A DNA stretch of 64,000 nt. It comes from Patescibacteria group bacterium. Its GTDB lineage: Bacteria > Patescibacteriota > Patescibacteriia > Magasanikbacterales > UBA922. Below, one piece after another: positions 44,052 to 55,481 of this stretch. The notes beneath the pieces are model-generated. The model did not search any database. It saw only the letters and a list, made by a program, of their open reading frames with translations, and was not told the DNA's origin. Location: the NCBI GenBank assembly GCA_041651535.1, contig JBAZIZ010000002.1:82059-146058 (forward strand), read 5' to 3'. The stretch's first letter is position 1, and every line of letters begins with the position of its first letter. The position numbers and the translations under genes were made by a program.

Positions 44052-46517
44052 ATGGATGCTCACAAACTTATAGACAATTTCTCTACTCATCTAAAAAATG
44101 TTATTGCTCGTGCTATTTCGACAGCTGATAGTTTACACAATGAAAAAGTTGAGCCTATTCATTTACTCTATGCTTTGAGCCAAGAAAAAGGTTCTATTGG
44201 AGCAGAAATTTTAAACAAATTAGTCATAACTGAAAAACTAATTTTTGAAAATGCTATAAAATTTAAACAAAAACAAGATATAAACAAAGATATCCCAGAA
44301 CTTGGTGGACTAGCTAAAAAAATTATTGAAAAAGCTTTGATTTTAGCTCATGATCGAAAACACAATTATATTGGGACTGAACATTTGCTTTTTGGAATTT
44401 CTGAATCTGATGATAAAGAATTAAATAATTTTTTTGCGACGATTGCTCTAAGTCACGAAACTTTAGCAAAAGAAATTTCTCTAGCTTTTTCCAATGTTGA
44501 TCGATTTTCCCAAATTGAAGAAACTACTGAGGAAAATTTTTCTGATATTATCCAAAATCTTACTGAAAACTCTTTACCAGAAGATACAAACGGTTTTAAT
44601 CCTGATTTAATTCCTTTGTTAAACCAAAATAAAACAAAAAATAAACAAAATATTTTAAATTTATTTACCAAAGATTTAACAACTCGTGCTAATCAAGAAA
44701 AAATTGATCCAGTAATCGGTCGCGAAGCAGAAATTGAAAGAATTATAAATATTTTAGCCAGAAGAACAAAAAATAATCCAATTTTAGTTGGTGAACCAGG
44801 TGTAGGAAAGACAGCTATTGTCGAAGGATTAGCAAAAAAAATATCTGAAAAAAAAGTTCCTGAATTTTTAAAAAGAAAAAAAATTTTATCTTTAGATTTA
44901 ACTTCTCTTATTTCAGGTACTATTTATCGTGGTGAGTTTGAATCTCGACTAAAACAAATAATTGATGAATGTGCAAAAAATCCAAATTATATTTTATTTA
45001 TAGATGAATTACATAATATTATAGGCGCTGGTTCAAATCAAGGTACAATGGACGCTGCTAATATTTTAAAACCAGCTTTAGCCCGAGGAGAACTTCGTTG
45101 TATCGGAGCTACAACTTTGGACGAATACAAAAAATATATCAGTAATGATCCAGCTTTAGAACGTCGTTTTCAAAAAATTGATATTGAAGAACCAACCATT
45201 TCTGATACTATTAAAATTATCAAGGGTATAAAAAAATATTATGAAAATTTTCATAATGTAATTATTAATGATGAAATTATAGAAGAAACCGTCAAACTCA
45301 GTGACCGCTATACACATGATAATTTTCAACCAGACAAATCCATTGATTTGATCGATGAAGCTTGTGGTTTAGCAAAAATGCGACAAAAACTAAATCCAGA
45401 TACAAAAAAAATAAATGAAATTGAAATGGAAATTGAAGAAAAAAATATACAAAAAGAAGAAATGATAAATAAGGAAAATCTCAAAGAAGCTTTAAAAATA
45501 AAAAAAGAAATTCAAAAATTAGAAAAAAAAATAACAGAATTAAAAACAAAAAAAATTGTTGAGAAAAAAAATAAATTGACTTTAGCTGATATTCGCCATG
45601 TCTTAGCTGAAAAAATTCATTTGGATGAAAAAATATTATCACAAGATGAATGGGAAAATTTAAAAAATTTAGAAAAAAATCTCAATCAAAAAATAATTGG
45701 TCAAGAAACAGCTATAAAAACTTTGTGTGATAATTTAAAAAAATCTTATTTAGGAATAAAAAAAGACAAAAAACCTTTGGCTTCTTTTTTGTTCGTAGGA
45801 CCTAGTGGAGTTGGTAAAACTGAATTAGCAAAAATTTTAGCGACTGAATTATATCACGATGAAAAATCATTAATTAAAATTAACATGACTGAATTTACTG
45901 AAGGACATAGTGTTTCTAAATTTCTTGGTTCCCCTGCTGGTTATATTGGTTATAAAGATCGCAATCCACTTATTGAAAAAATAAAACAAAGACCTTACAG
46001 CGTAATTTTATTTGATGAAATAGACAAAGCTCATAATGATATAAAAAAACTTTTGTTACAAATTTTAGATGAAGGTTTTTTAAATGATAATAATGGCAAA
46101 AAAATAATTTTTAAACACAGTGTTATTGTTTTAACAGCTAATTTTGGTTCAGATTTTTACAAAAAAGCTGATATCGGTTTTGGAGAAAATTTTTCTAAAG
46201 ATAAAAAAATAAATGAAACAGTCCAGAAAAATATTATCAAAAAAGCAGAGCAAGAATTAGGCACTGATTTAATCGGACGATTAAACGAAGTTTGTGTTTT
46301 CAATCCTCTGTCAGAAGACAGTTTGGAAATTATTATAAAAAAAGATGCAAACAAAATCGCAGAAGAATTACAAAAAGATCTAAAAAAAGTTTTTGATCAA
46401 GAACAAATTAAAAAAATAAAAGAAAAAATTAATGTTCATGATTTCGGTGCTAGACAAATTGAAAAAGAATTAGAAAAAACAATTCATGAATTTTTATTGG
46501 CTGAAAAAGAAAAATAA
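44052..46517 (+). CDS. clpC: ATP-dependent Clp protease ATP-binding subunit (ClpC-like)
   Basis: Clp-N repeats, GEPGVGKT and GPSGVGKT Walker A motifs, short middle domain, IGF loop. Confidence 0.88.
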   Translation: MDAHKLIDNFSTHLKNVIARAISTADSLHNEKVEPIHLLYALSQEKGSIGAEILNKLVITEKLIFENAIKFKQKQDINKDIPELGGLAKKIIEKALILAHDRKHNYIGTEHLLFGISESDDKELNNFFATIALSHETLAKEISLAFSNVDRFSQIEETTEENFSDIIQNLTENSLPEDTNGFNPDLIPLLNQNKTKNKQNILNLFTKDLTTRANQEKIDPVIGREAEIERIINILARRTKNNPILVGEPGVGKTAIVEGLAKKISEKKVPEFLKRKKILSLDLTSLISGTIYRGEFESRLKQIIDECAKNPNYILFIDELHNIIGAGSNQGTMDAANILKPALARGELRCIGATTLDEYKKYISNDPALERRFQKIDIEEPTISDTIKIIKGIKKYYENFHNVIINDEIIEETVKLSDRYTHDNFQPDKSIDLIDEACGLAKMRQKLNPDTKKINEIEMEIEEKNIQKEEMINKENLKEALKIKKEIQKLEKKITELKTKKIVEKKNKLTLADIRHVLAEKIHLDEKILSQDEWENLKNLEKNLNQKIIGQETAIKTLCDNLKKSYLGIKKDKKPLASFLFVGPSGVGKTELAKILATELYHDEKSLIKINMTEFTEGHSVSKFLGSPAGYIGYKDRNPLIEKIKQRPYSVILFDEIDKAHNDIKKLLLQILDEGFLNDNNGKKIIFKHSVIVLTANFGSDFYKKADIGFGENFSKDKKINETVQKNIIKKAEQELGTDLIGRLNEVCVFNPLSEDSLEIIIKKDANKIAEELQKDLKKVFDQEQIKKIKEKINVHDFGARQIEKELEKTIHEFLLAEKEK

Positions 46518-46519
46518 AT

Positions 46520-47590
46520 ATGATTGCAGAAGATTATATAAAATTTAATGAGGAAAAAAATAAAGATAAACTAAACAAAAAATCATCTCCAGCTGCAACT
46601 ACTTTTTCTAACACCAAAAATAATATTGATGTTGATGAAGAAATTAATGAAAAAAAATTAGATGATGATTTAAAAAATATTGATGTAAAAATAAAAGATG
46701 TTGAATTTGATTTAAGTAAAATAAACGAAGACGCAAAAAACGAAAATTATACGCAAACAAATAATTCTACAAAAAATTCTGATTTTGATACTGAAGACGA
46801 ACAAGAAAATGAAGATGATCAAGAAGAAACTCAAAACAAACAACAAACTCCAAAAGATTTATCTGAAGATTTAGCCCAAGATTTAATTAATAATACCAAT
46901 CCAGAAAATTCTGAAATGCCAGTTGAAAATAACCCTGATAACTCAATAAATGAAACTCCGACAGCTAATGCTGAAAATAATAATCAAAATAATTACAATC
47001 CTTATCCTTTAGATAATTCTGTTATAAAAAATCAAACAAACAATAATGAAAATATAGACGAAGAAGGAAATAATAATCAAACTAAAAATAATGAACAACA
47101 AAATAGAGAAAGAAACCAAAAAAGTGGGTTAACCCAAACTGTAAACACTTTTAGATATCGTAAAAAAATAAAAGATTTGGATACAAAAATTAGTGAATTA
47201 CAAACTCAGGAAATACCTTTCAAAAAACAAAAGAAAATTTTAGACTTAAAAATAAATTCAGCACAACTAAAAAAATATTTTCTTGAAGCCCAACTTATTT
47301 TTTGGTTAATTGTCCTCATAATTTTAGGAATAGTTTGGCTTTTATTAGGAATTTCAATTATTGGTTGGGCAATATTGCCTTTTGTCACTGGTGGAATTTA
47401 TCGAGTAGCCACATCTTTAGGAAAAATTCTTGTCCAAATTAAACAAATCAATTCAAAAATTGAAAATTACAAAGAAAAAACTGAAAAAATAAATAAAGCA
47501 ATTAAACAACTAGAAAAATTGATCATGAATTTTTACCGCACAAAACAAGAACTTTTAAATAAAGGTTTATTAGAAAAAACCGAATCATAA
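46520..47590 (+). CDS. Hypothetical protein: Asn/Glu-rich disordered N-half, coiled coil and TM hairpin
   Basis: Low-complexity region then long hydrophobic stretch flanked by heptads. Confidence 0.65.
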   Translation: MIAEDYIKFNEEKNKDKLNKKSSPAATTFSNTKNNIDVDEEINEKKLDDDLKNIDVKIKDVEFDLSKINEDAKNENYTQTNNSTKNSDFDTEDEQENEDDQEETQNKQQTPKDLSEDLAQDLINNTNPENSEMPVENNPDNSINETPTANAENNNQNNYNPYPLDNSVIKNQTNNNENIDEEGNNNQTKNNEQQNRERNQKSGLTQTVNTFRYRKKIKDLDTKISELQTQEIPFKKQKKILDLKINSAQLKKYFLEAQLIFWLIVLIILGIVWLLLGISIIGWAILPFVTGGIYRVATSLGKILVQIKQINSKIENYKEKTEKINKAIKQLEKLIMNFYRTKQELLNKGLLEKTES

Positions 47591-47612
47591 ATAAAATATT
47601 TAATATCAAAAT

Positions 47613-48866
47613 ATGGATAAGAAAAAAATTTTATATATCATTTTATTCATTACAGTTTGTTGTCTACTGGCTTATGCTATTTATTTTGTGTTTTTTAGAA
47701 AAGCCACAACGCCTGAAGGTGGTGAAACTGGTACTACTCCAGGTGGAAATTTTCCAACTGTAAATGAAGGCGGTACTAAAACTGGTGGAGAAAGCACAGG
47801 TACTTTACCAGAAACTGGTGAGAAACCAGATACAGAAGATGGAAAAAAACCTTTAGAAACAGCTAATGAAATTATAAATTTACAACCAACAGTAAATACC
47901 CAAAAATCAAAAGAAACTCAAGTGGTAAATACAAAAGTTGCCAATGTTAGTTATAGCCAAAATGGAGCAAAATTTTATAACCCACAAGACGGCAAGTTTT
48001 ATTTTTTAAATTCAGAAGGAAAACTTGAACTCTTAAGTGATAAAGTTTTTTATAATGTAGAAAATGTCACTTGGTCACCAACCCAAAATGAAGGAATTAT
48101 TGAATACCCAGATGGCTCAAACATTTATTATAATTTTGAAGAAGAAAAACAAGTAACATTACCAAAACATTGGGAAGATTTTGATTTTTCAACTGATGGC
48201 GGTTCTATTGTTTCAAAAAGTATGGCCGAATTAGCTGACAATCGTTGGCTCATCACTAGTGATCCAACTGGAAATAATATTGAACTTATAGAATCTATGG
48301 GAAATAATGCTGATAAAGTAATAGTTGATTGGTCACCAAACAACCAAATTATAGCTTTATCTGCTACTGGCGAAGCTAGTGGAAATAATCAAGAAATACT
48401 TTTGGTTGGTTTAAATAACGAAAATTACGCATCACTGACTGTAGCTGGACGTGGTTTAGAAACAAAATGGTCCCCTGATGGTAAAAGACTTCTACATAGT
48501 GTTTATAATTCTGCAAATAATTACAAACCAGAATTATGGATAAGTGATGCTACACCAGAAACTGTGGGAGAAAATCGTCAACCGCTCGGACTTAATACTT
48601 GGGCTGATAAATGTGCTTTTAGCTCTGATTCACGTTATATTTATTGTGGTGTGCCGACAGAACTTCGTGATGGCGCTGGTTTTGCACCAGAAGTTGCAAA
48701 TTCTATCGCTGACTCATTATATAAGATAGATTTAATTACTGGAACAAAAACTAAAATAAGTTTAGACGAAACATATACAATAAACACAATTATAATTGAC
48801 CAAAATGGAAAAAATCTTTATTTTACTGACAAAAATAAAAATGGAATATTTAAAATAAATTTATAA
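47613..48866 (+). CDS. Membrane-anchored TolB-like beta-propeller protein
   Basis: N-terminal TM, repeated WSP/FSxD motifs ('WSPDGKRL'). Confidence 0.75.
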   Translation: MDKKKILYIILFITVCCLLAYAIYFVFFRKATTPEGGETGTTPGGNFPTVNEGGTKTGGESTGTLPETGEKPDTEDGKKPLETANEIINLQPTVNTQKSKETQVVNTKVANVSYSQNGAKFYNPQDGKFYFLNSEGKLELLSDKVFYNVENVTWSPTQNEGIIEYPDGSNIYYNFEEEKQVTLPKHWEDFDFSTDGGSIVSKSMAELADNRWLITSDPTGNNIELIESMGNNADKVIVDWSPNNQIIALSATGEASGNNQEILLVGLNNENYASLTVAGRGLETKWSPDGKRLLHSVYNSANNYKPELWISDATPETVGENRQPLGLNTWADKCAFSSDSRYIYCGVPTELRDGAGFAPEVANSIADSLYKIDLITGTKTKISLDETYTINTIIIDQNGKNLYFTDKNKNGIFKINL

Positions 48867-48867
48867 T

Positions 48868-49512
48868 ATGACAAATTTAAAAAAAATATTATTTTTTTTC
48901 TTACCAATTATTGGTTTAGTTTTTTTATTATTTTATTTCAGTTTAAAAACTAATAATAGTTTATTTTCTTATTCCCAAAATAAACAAAATGATAAAACTG
49001 GTCAAATTTTACAAATACCAATTAGTGTAAATGATCCGATAATTGGAGATAAAAAAAATTCTGATACTTTGATTGTTTTTGCTGATTTTGCTTGTTCTGC
49101 TTGTAAAAATGATAGTTTGATTTTAGAAAATCTACTCACTAATTATCCTAATAAATTTAAAATAATTTGGAAAGGTTTGCCGATCGCTGTTTATCCTTAT
49201 GATTCAACATTAGCTATAGAGTATGCTTATTGTGCAAATGAACAGAAAAAATTTCCTGAATTTGAAAAATATTCTTATACAAACAATTCTGATCTTTCCT
49301 CTTCTACTCTATCTCAAATTATTACAGAAATTAATTTGGATCAAAAAAAATTTAATAAATGTTTAAATGAAGAAAATAAAGATAATTATATAAAAATAAA
49401 TGAATATTATGCTGAGATGTTAAATATTCAAGAAATTCCAACTTATTTTTTTAATAACAAACAAATAACTCCCAAAGACGAAAATGATTGGAAATTAATT
49501 TTAAACTTATAA
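48868..49512 (+). CDS. DsbA-family thioredoxin-fold oxidoreductase
   Basis: N-terminal TM, 'DP.IG', FADFACSAC (CxxC), cis-Pro 'IPTYFFN'. Confidence 0.8.
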   Translation: MTNLKKILFFFLPIIGLVFLLFYFSLKTNNSLFSYSQNKQNDKTGQILQIPISVNDPIIGDKKNSDTLIVFADFACSACKNDSLILENLLTNYPNKFKIIWKGLPIAVYPYDSTLAIEYAYCANEQKKFPEFEKYSYTNNSDLSSSTLSQIITEINLDQKKFNKCLNEENKDNYIKINEYYAEMLNIQEIPTYFFNNKQITPKDENDWKLILNL

Positions 49513-49513
49513 T

Positions 49514-51238
49514 ATGAAAAAATATTTTAAAATTTTTATTACAATAATATTTTTCACTTTATTTTTTTTAGTTAATAATGTTTCCGCGGCAACAAATTTA
49601 AAAATTGGAGAAAAATGTTATGACAATAGCCAATGTAAATCAGGAGATTGTGAAGATGGTTTTTGTGATTGTGATGATGCCTCAGATTGCTCCCAAGAAT
49701 ATGACGGGCAAACTAAAGATTGGACTTGTGAAAATGAAGATAGTAATTCTTTCGGTTTAGATTATTGTAAAAAAACAGATGGTACAAAAAAATATCCGCG
49801 TGTTTATGGCTTAGCTATCGGCGAAATTTGTTACAACAATTCAAATTGTGTTTCTGATGATTGCGAAAAAAGTGATCAAAAAAGTACAAAAGAGAATGAT
49901 CCTGATTGGTACCCTGACCGAGATGAAGTTTGGTATTGTGATTGTAGTAAAAATAGTGATTGCGCCCAAGCTTATGGCAGTGGTACTTGGGAATGTAAAG
50001 ACGGTGCAAATTTAAGTTACGACATTGATTATTGTCGCGATAAAAATACTGGAACAATCAAACTTCCTTTTGATGGAAATAATAGTACTGGATTCTGGGG
50101 AAACTTAAGTGATGTAGTGTTTGATTCTGAAGCTTATGTAAAAAATTTTGGTGAAAATTTTGAAGAAAATTTAGTAAAACCACAACCACAAATAAATATT
50201 CCGGGTTTAGAATTTTCTGACATTAATGCAAAAAACAATCTACAAGTTGACGACAATGGAGACACTTATCTTACTATACCTTTTTTAGGAGAATATATAG
50301 TAGGAATTTACAAATATTTAATTGTAGCAGCTGTAATTGTAGCAATTATTATAATTATTATTTCGGGAATTCAATGGATTTTATCAGCAGGAAATCCAGA
50401 TACTATTAGTTCAATCAAAAAAAGAATTTTTGGAGCCATTATTGGAATTGTTTTAATTTTTAGTTCTTATACAATTTTATATATTATCAATCCTTATTTA
50501 ACACAATTCAAAGATTTAAAAATTCTTTATGTCAAACAGACAATTTATGATGCACAAGAAGAAAATGAAAATGTTAATTTAACAGACTTACAAAAATCTT
50601 CAGTTCCTCTTAGTACAAAAAAAACAGAAATTATAACACCGACTACTACATATAAAACATTTGATTGCACAAAATGGAAAAAAGATAGATTAAATGTTTA
50701 TAAACCAGCTGGTGTTTTACCTTCGCAATATACTGAAACTTATACTTGTGAAAATATTAAAGATTTAAAAAATAATAATTTAATTTCAATTACTACAATT
50801 CCAGAAATGAAAATTCCTCTTTGCCAAGCAGCTACCAATGCAGCGAGACTTGGTTATAAATTATTAGTAACTGACTCTTATCGTAGTTTTGAAGAACAGG
50901 CTGATTTATGGTGTGGTAAAGGAGCCGCTAGATTTCCTGATGAAGCTGAACGAAAAAAATATTATGCTGTTCCAGGATTTTCTATTCATGGACTCGGACA
51001 AGCTGTCGATGTGTTTTTATATGACAAATCAGGCAATCGCCTAACTTTTTTTGGCGGAGAACAATGTAACTCTTCTCCAGAAGATGTTGCTAGATTAGCA
51101 AATATTTTTTATAATACTTCTGAATATTTTTATCGATTAGAAACTGAAATTTGGCATTTTGAATATACTGACGGACCTCTAAATAATTCTCGCTTACGCA
51201 CAACATCTTTACCAACAAAATGTGCTAAAACTAACTAA
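49514..51238 (+). CDS. Cys-rich CPR pilin-like (TrbC/VirB2-like TM hairpin) protein fused to an M15/VanY-like peptidase
   Basis: Signal peptide, tandem Cys-rich modules, 'SGIQWILSAGN...KKRIFGAIIG...ILYIINP'. C-terminal 'SYRSFEEQ..PGFSIHGLGQAVD..EIWHFEY'. Confidence 0.75.
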   Translation: MKKYFKIFITIIFFTLFFLVNNVSAATNLKIGEKCYDNSQCKSGDCEDGFCDCDDASDCSQEYDGQTKDWTCENEDSNSFGLDYCKKTDGTKKYPRVYGLAIGEICYNNSNCVSDDCEKSDQKSTKENDPDWYPDRDEVWYCDCSKNSDCAQAYGSGTWECKDGANLSYDIDYCRDKNTGTIKLPFDGNNSTGFWGNLSDVVFDSEAYVKNFGENFEENLVKPQPQINIPGLEFSDINAKNNLQVDDNGDTYLTIPFLGEYIVGIYKYLIVAAVIVAIIIIIISGIQWILSAGNPDTISSIKKRIFGAIIGIVLIFSSYTILYIINPYLTQFKDLKILYVKQTIYDAQEENENVNLTDLQKSSVPLSTKKTEIITPTTTYKTFDCTKWKKDRLNVYKPAGVLPSQYTETYTCENIKDLKNNNLISITTIPEMKIPLCQAATNAARLGYKLLVTDSYRSFEEQADLWCGKGAARFPDEAERKKYYAVPGFSIHGLGQAVDVFLYDKSGNRLTFFGGEQCNSSPEDVARLANIFYNTSEYFYRLETEIWHFEYTDGPLNNSRLRTTSLPTKCAKTN

Positions 51239-51239
51239 C

Positions 51240-52571
51240 ATGAAAAATAAAAACAAAACAATATTTAACTGCGAAAAATGTGGTGCTCAATATGATAAAT
51301 GGATTGGGCGCTGTCTTGAATGCGGAACTTGGGGTTCAGTAAAAGAAGAAATATTAGAAACCAAAAATGAAAATCGTCAAAATGTTTATAAAGCAGGAGC
51401 TGTAAAAAAAATATCTGAAATTGCACCTGAAGATACAAAAAGAATTGAAACTAAAATTAGTGAACTTGACCGAGTTTTAGGTGGTGGTTTGATTCCTTCT
51501 AGTTTAATTTTGCTTGGTGGTGAACCAGGAGTCGGTAAATCTACTTTAGCTATACAAACCGCTGTGTCTATTCCCTCTTCTCTTTATATCTCAGCAGAAG
51601 AATCAATTGGACAAATAAAAATTCGTGCCGATCGTCTAAAATTAAATTCAGCTAATTTAAAATTATCAAATGAAACTTGTGTAGAAAAAATTTGTGCAAC
51701 GATTGAACAAGAAAAACCAATACTAGCAATTATTGACTCTATCCAAACAATTTATTCTGAAGAAACTATTGGCGAAGCTGGTAATATAAATCAAATAAAA
51801 GCTTGTGCTGTAAAACTTTTAGAAATTGCGAAAAAAAATAAAACTTCAATTATAGTTATTGGTCATGTAACCAAAGATGGAAATGTGGCTGGTCCAAAAA
51901 CTTTAGAACATTTAGTTGATACTGTTATTTATCTTGAGGGTGAACGCAATCATAATTATAGAATTTTACGAACTGTAAAAAATCGTTTTGGAGCTACAGA
52001 CGAAATTGGAATTTTTGATATGGCAGAAACTGGACTAAAAAGTGTTATCAATCCTTCTGCAAATTTTTTAGAAGATCGAGAAGATGAAATGAGTGGGAGT
52101 GTAATTACTTGTCTGATGGAAGGCACTCGACCACTTTTAGTTGAAGTCCAATCTTTAGTAAATAAAACTGTTTTTGGTTACCCTGTCAGAAAATCAAGCG
52201 GTTTTGATTTAAATCGTCTTCATGTCTTAACTGCAGTTTTACAAAAAAGAACTGGTATAAATTTATCGCAATACGATATCCATATAAACATAGCTGGTGG
52301 AATAAAAGCAAATGAACCGGCGGCTGATTTAGCAGTCTGTTTAGCAATTGCTAGTTCTTTCAAAGATAAAAAATTAAGTAAAAATTTAGCAGTGTTTGGT
52401 GAGGTAGGACTCGGAGGTGAAGTTAGAAAAATAAATTTTTTAGAAAAAAGAATTAAAGAATGTGAAAATCTAGGAATTAAAACTATTATTACAGGCAAAA
52501 GTGAAAACAAAACTAAAAAAATAAAAATAATAGAAGTAAAAAATATTACTGAATTAGTGAAACACACTTAA
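51240..52571 (+). CDS. radA: DNA repair protein RadA/Sms
   Basis: C4 zinc finger, GEPGVGKST, KNRFG. Likely ATG at 51240. Confidence 0.95.
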   Translation: MKNKNKTIFNCEKCGAQYDKWIGRCLECGTWGSVKEEILETKNENRQNVYKAGAVKKISEIAPEDTKRIETKISELDRVLGGGLIPSSLILLGGEPGVGKSTLAIQTAVSIPSSLYISAEESIGQIKIRADRLKLNSANLKLSNETCVEKICATIEQEKPILAIIDSIQTIYSEETIGEAGNINQIKACAVKLLEIAKKNKTSIIVIGHVTKDGNVAGPKTLEHLVDTVIYLEGERNHNYRILRTVKNRFGATDEIGIFDMAETGLKSVINPSANFLEDREDEMSGSVITCLMEGTRPLLVEVQSLVNKTVFGYPVRKSSGFDLNRLHVLTAVLQKRTGINLSQYDIHINIAGGIKANEPAADLAVCLAIASSFKDKKLSKNLAVFGEVGLGGEVRKINFLEKRIKECENLGIKTIITGKSENKTKKIKIIEVKNITELVKHT

Positions 52572-52710
52572 AATTTTAGATTTAGGATTTTAGAATTATG
52601 AATTAAAAACCCGCTTGATGGCGGTGTTTTTGTTTTAAATTAAAAAGCTGGTAAGGAAACAAAAAAACAGCCTTTTCAGACTGCCAAAATCTTAAATCAA
52701 AAATCTAAAA

Positions 52711-54828
52711 TTATTCTAAGTGTACTTTTTCCTCCCATTCAATCACCTTTTCTTTCAAACTTTTATATTTATCAAAATCAATATCTCGAGCTAAATTTCT
52801 CGCAGTTCGAATAATTTCATAATCTTTCATACTAGCTAATTTTAATCTCATTTCCCCACTTTGTGCTGTGCCATAAACTTCTCCAGCACCTCGCATTTTT
52901 AAATCATATTCTGCTAAAGAAAATCCATCATTAGTAGATTCAAATAAATTTAATCTTTCTAGTGCTTTACTAGCGTTTGATTCTGTAAATAAAAAACAAT
53001 AAGATTGATGTTCACTTCTACCGACTCGTCCACGAAATTGATGCAGTTGTGCTAAACCAAAATGATCCGCTCCTTCTATCATCATTACTGTTGCATTTGG
53101 GATATCTATCCCCACTTCTATTACTGAAGTAGAAACTAAAATATCAATTTTTTTATTTTTGAAATCAGACATAATTTCATCTTTTTCAGCTGTTTTCATT
53201 TTACCATGCAAATAAGCAATATTTAATTTTGGAAAAATTTTGTCTTTTAATTTTTCATACTCTGATAAAACAGTCTTTTTTTCATCAGAAATTATCAAAG
53301 AATTTTCTTCTTCAGTATCTTTTTTACTTTCAATAAGAGGGCAAATTACAAAAGCTTGCCGGCCTTGTTTAATTTGTTCAGCAATAAATTCGTAAGCTTT
53401 TTGACGATTTTTTGCCTCAACTAATCTAGTTTTTATACTTTTACGATTTTTTGGCATGGTTTTGATAATAGATAAATCTAAATCACCATATAAAGTTAAA
53501 GCAAACGAACGTGGAATTGGAGTAGCTGTCATGCTAAAAAAATGTGGCACCAAAACTTTATTTTTATTTTGTTCTTTAATTTTTTTTCTTTGCTCCACGC
53601 CAAAACGATGTTGTTCATCAACTATTACTAAAGCTAAATTTGCAAAAATTATTTTTTCATTTAATAATGCCTGAGTACCAATAACTAAATCAATTTCTCC
53701 TGAACTTATTTTTTCAAAAATTATTTTTTTATTTTCTGTTTGTTTTTTTATTTTTAAACCAATTTCATTTGTTTCTAAACTTTTAGAAGTAATTAATGCT
53801 ATTTTTATTTTTGAATCAAAAAACTTTTTAAAAGATTCAAAATGTTGTTTGGCTAAAATTTCAGTTGGAGCCATAATAACAACTTGTAAATTATTTTTGA
53901 TCACATTTAATGCACTAATTACAGCTACCAGAGTTTTACCTGAACCTACATCACCTTCTAATAATCTATTCATTGGTTTTTCATTTTCCATATCTTTAAT
54001 AATTTCCCAAGCGGCAATTTTTTGATCTTTAGTTAATTCAAAAGGTAAATTTTTTACAAAATTACGAATTGGTTTTTCTTGAAATTTTATTTTATGCGCC
54101 TTAGTTTTTTTTATTGATTGTCGTAAAGTTTCAGCTCGCAGTTGTAATAAAAATAACTCATCAAATTTAAGTCTTCTTTGGGCTTCAATTATATCATCAT
54201 AATTTTGCGGAAAATGGATTAATTCAATCGCTTTTTTTAAATCAATAATTTTAGCTTTTTCTAATATTTCTTTTGGTAACCACTCTTGAACTTCTGAAAT
54301 TGCTTTCAGAGATTCGCTAATTAAAAACCTAATTTGTTTTTGTGTGATCCCTGTAGTCAGAGGATAAATCGGTAAAATTCTAGCGGTATGAGTATTTTTT
54401 GGTTCTATCTGTTGATTAGCAAAATGTTCTTTTTCATAAATTGGGCTTATCATTTGAATACCATAAAAACCTTCGGAAACTTTACCAGAAAAGAAAACAG
54501 TATCGCCTGCTTTTAAATTTTTTATTATAAATGCTTGATTAAACCAAACTATTTTCATTTGTCCACTGTCATCAGAAACTAAAGCTTCGGTAAGTATTTT
54601 TCTAGTTTTTCTACTTCTTTTATTATTTATAATTTCAATTTTTGCTTTTATACTAGCATCAATTTCAGCTTTCAATTCATTTATTTTAAAAGTTTTACTA
54701 TAATCTTCATAACGAAAAGGAAAATAATAAAGTAAATCCGCAACTTTTTCTATTTTAAGTCGATTTAATTTTTTTTCAGTTGTCTTGCCAACTTTACTAA
54801 GTAAAGATATTTTAGTGTCTAATTTCAT
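52711..54828 (-). CDS. recG: ATP-dependent DNA helicase RecG
   Basis: 'GDVGSGKT', DEQHRFGV, 'TATPIPR', 'QLHQFRGRVGR'. Confidence 0.96.
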   Translation of the reverse strand: MKLDTKISLLSKVGKTTEKKLNRLKIEKVADLLYYFPFRYEDYSKTFKINELKAEIDASIKAKIEIINNKRSRKTRKILTEALVSDDSGQMKIVWFNQAFIIKNLKAGDTVFFSGKVSEGFYGIQMISPIYEKEHFANQQIEPKNTHTARILPIYPLTTGITQKQIRFLISESLKAISEVQEWLPKEILEKAKIIDLKKAIELIHFPQNYDDIIEAQRRLKFDELFLLQLRAETLRQSIKKTKAHKIKFQEKPIRNFVKNLPFELTKDQKIAAWEIIKDMENEKPMNRLLEGDVGSGKTLVAVISALNVIKNNLQVVIMAPTEILAKQHFESFKKFFDSKIKIALITSKSLETNEIGLKIKKQTENKKIIFEKISSGEIDLVIGTQALLNEKIIFANLALVIVDEQHRFGVEQRKKIKEQNKNKVLVPHFFSMTATPIPRSFALTLYGDLDLSIIKTMPKNRKSIKTRLVEAKNRQKAYEFIAEQIKQGRQAFVICPLIESKKDTEEENSLIISDEKKTVLSEYEKLKDKIFPKLNIAYLHGKMKTAEKDEIMSDFKNKKIDILVSTSVIEVGIDIPNATVMMIEGADHFGLAQLHQFRGRVGRSEHQSYCFLFTESNASKALERLNLFESTNDGFSLAEYDLKMRGAGEVYGTAQSGEMRLKLASMKDYEIIRTARNLARDIDFDKYKSLKEKVIEWEEKVHLE

Positions 54829-54966
54829 ATAATCTTAATCTTAGTAATATTTTAACACAAATAGTCTAAAGTCTAAAGTCGAATGTCAAAAGTAAAAATT
54901 AAAAAAACTTTTTAAGACAAAAAACAGCCTTTTAAGCTGTTAAATCTTAAATCTAAAATCTTAAAT

Positions 54967-55473
54967 CTAAAATATAGCTCTCAATGTTGTACCTGCAAAA
55001 AGAGTAACAAGTGTAATAATAGTTGCTGCCAAACAATCTCCAACTAAAATCATTGGTAAGGATTTTTTAAAAGGGATATTAAATATAAAAGCCACAAGTG
55101 ATCCAGTCCACGAACCAGTAAATGGAAGTGGAATCGCCACAAAAGTAATAAGTGCTATTGCTCCATATTTTGCATATTTACCAGCAAAAGCTTTTTCTGC
55201 TTTTTCCATTTTTTTTCTAAGTAATTTTCCAACAATTTTCTTTTCTATAAGCCAATCATGCAATTTTGGCAACAAATATAAAATAAACATTGCTGGAATA
55301 ATATCGCCTATAACTGCGATTATCCAGACTAAAAAAACATTCATTTTAAAAAATTCAATCCCAATCGGAATTGAAACTCTAATTTCTGTGATAGGAATCA
55401 TTGATAAAAATAAAACAGAATATTCACCTGGTAATTTTGTAAAAAAGTCTATTATAAAAGATACATCAAACAT
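54967..55473 (-). CDS. Putative small multidrug export protein (COG2426)
   Basis: 'SMIPITEIRVSIP', 'FVAIPLPFTGSWTG'. Confidence 0.85.
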   Translation of the reverse strand: MFDVSFIIDFFTKLPGEYSVLFLSMIPITEIRVSIPIGIEFFKMNVFLVWIIAVIGDIIPAMFILYLLPKLHDWLIEKKIVGKLLRKKMEKAEKAFAGKYAKYGAIALITFVAIPLPFTGSWTGSLVAFIFNIPFKKSLPMILVGDCLAATIITLVTLFAGTTLRAIF

Positions 55474-55481
55474 ATTTTATA

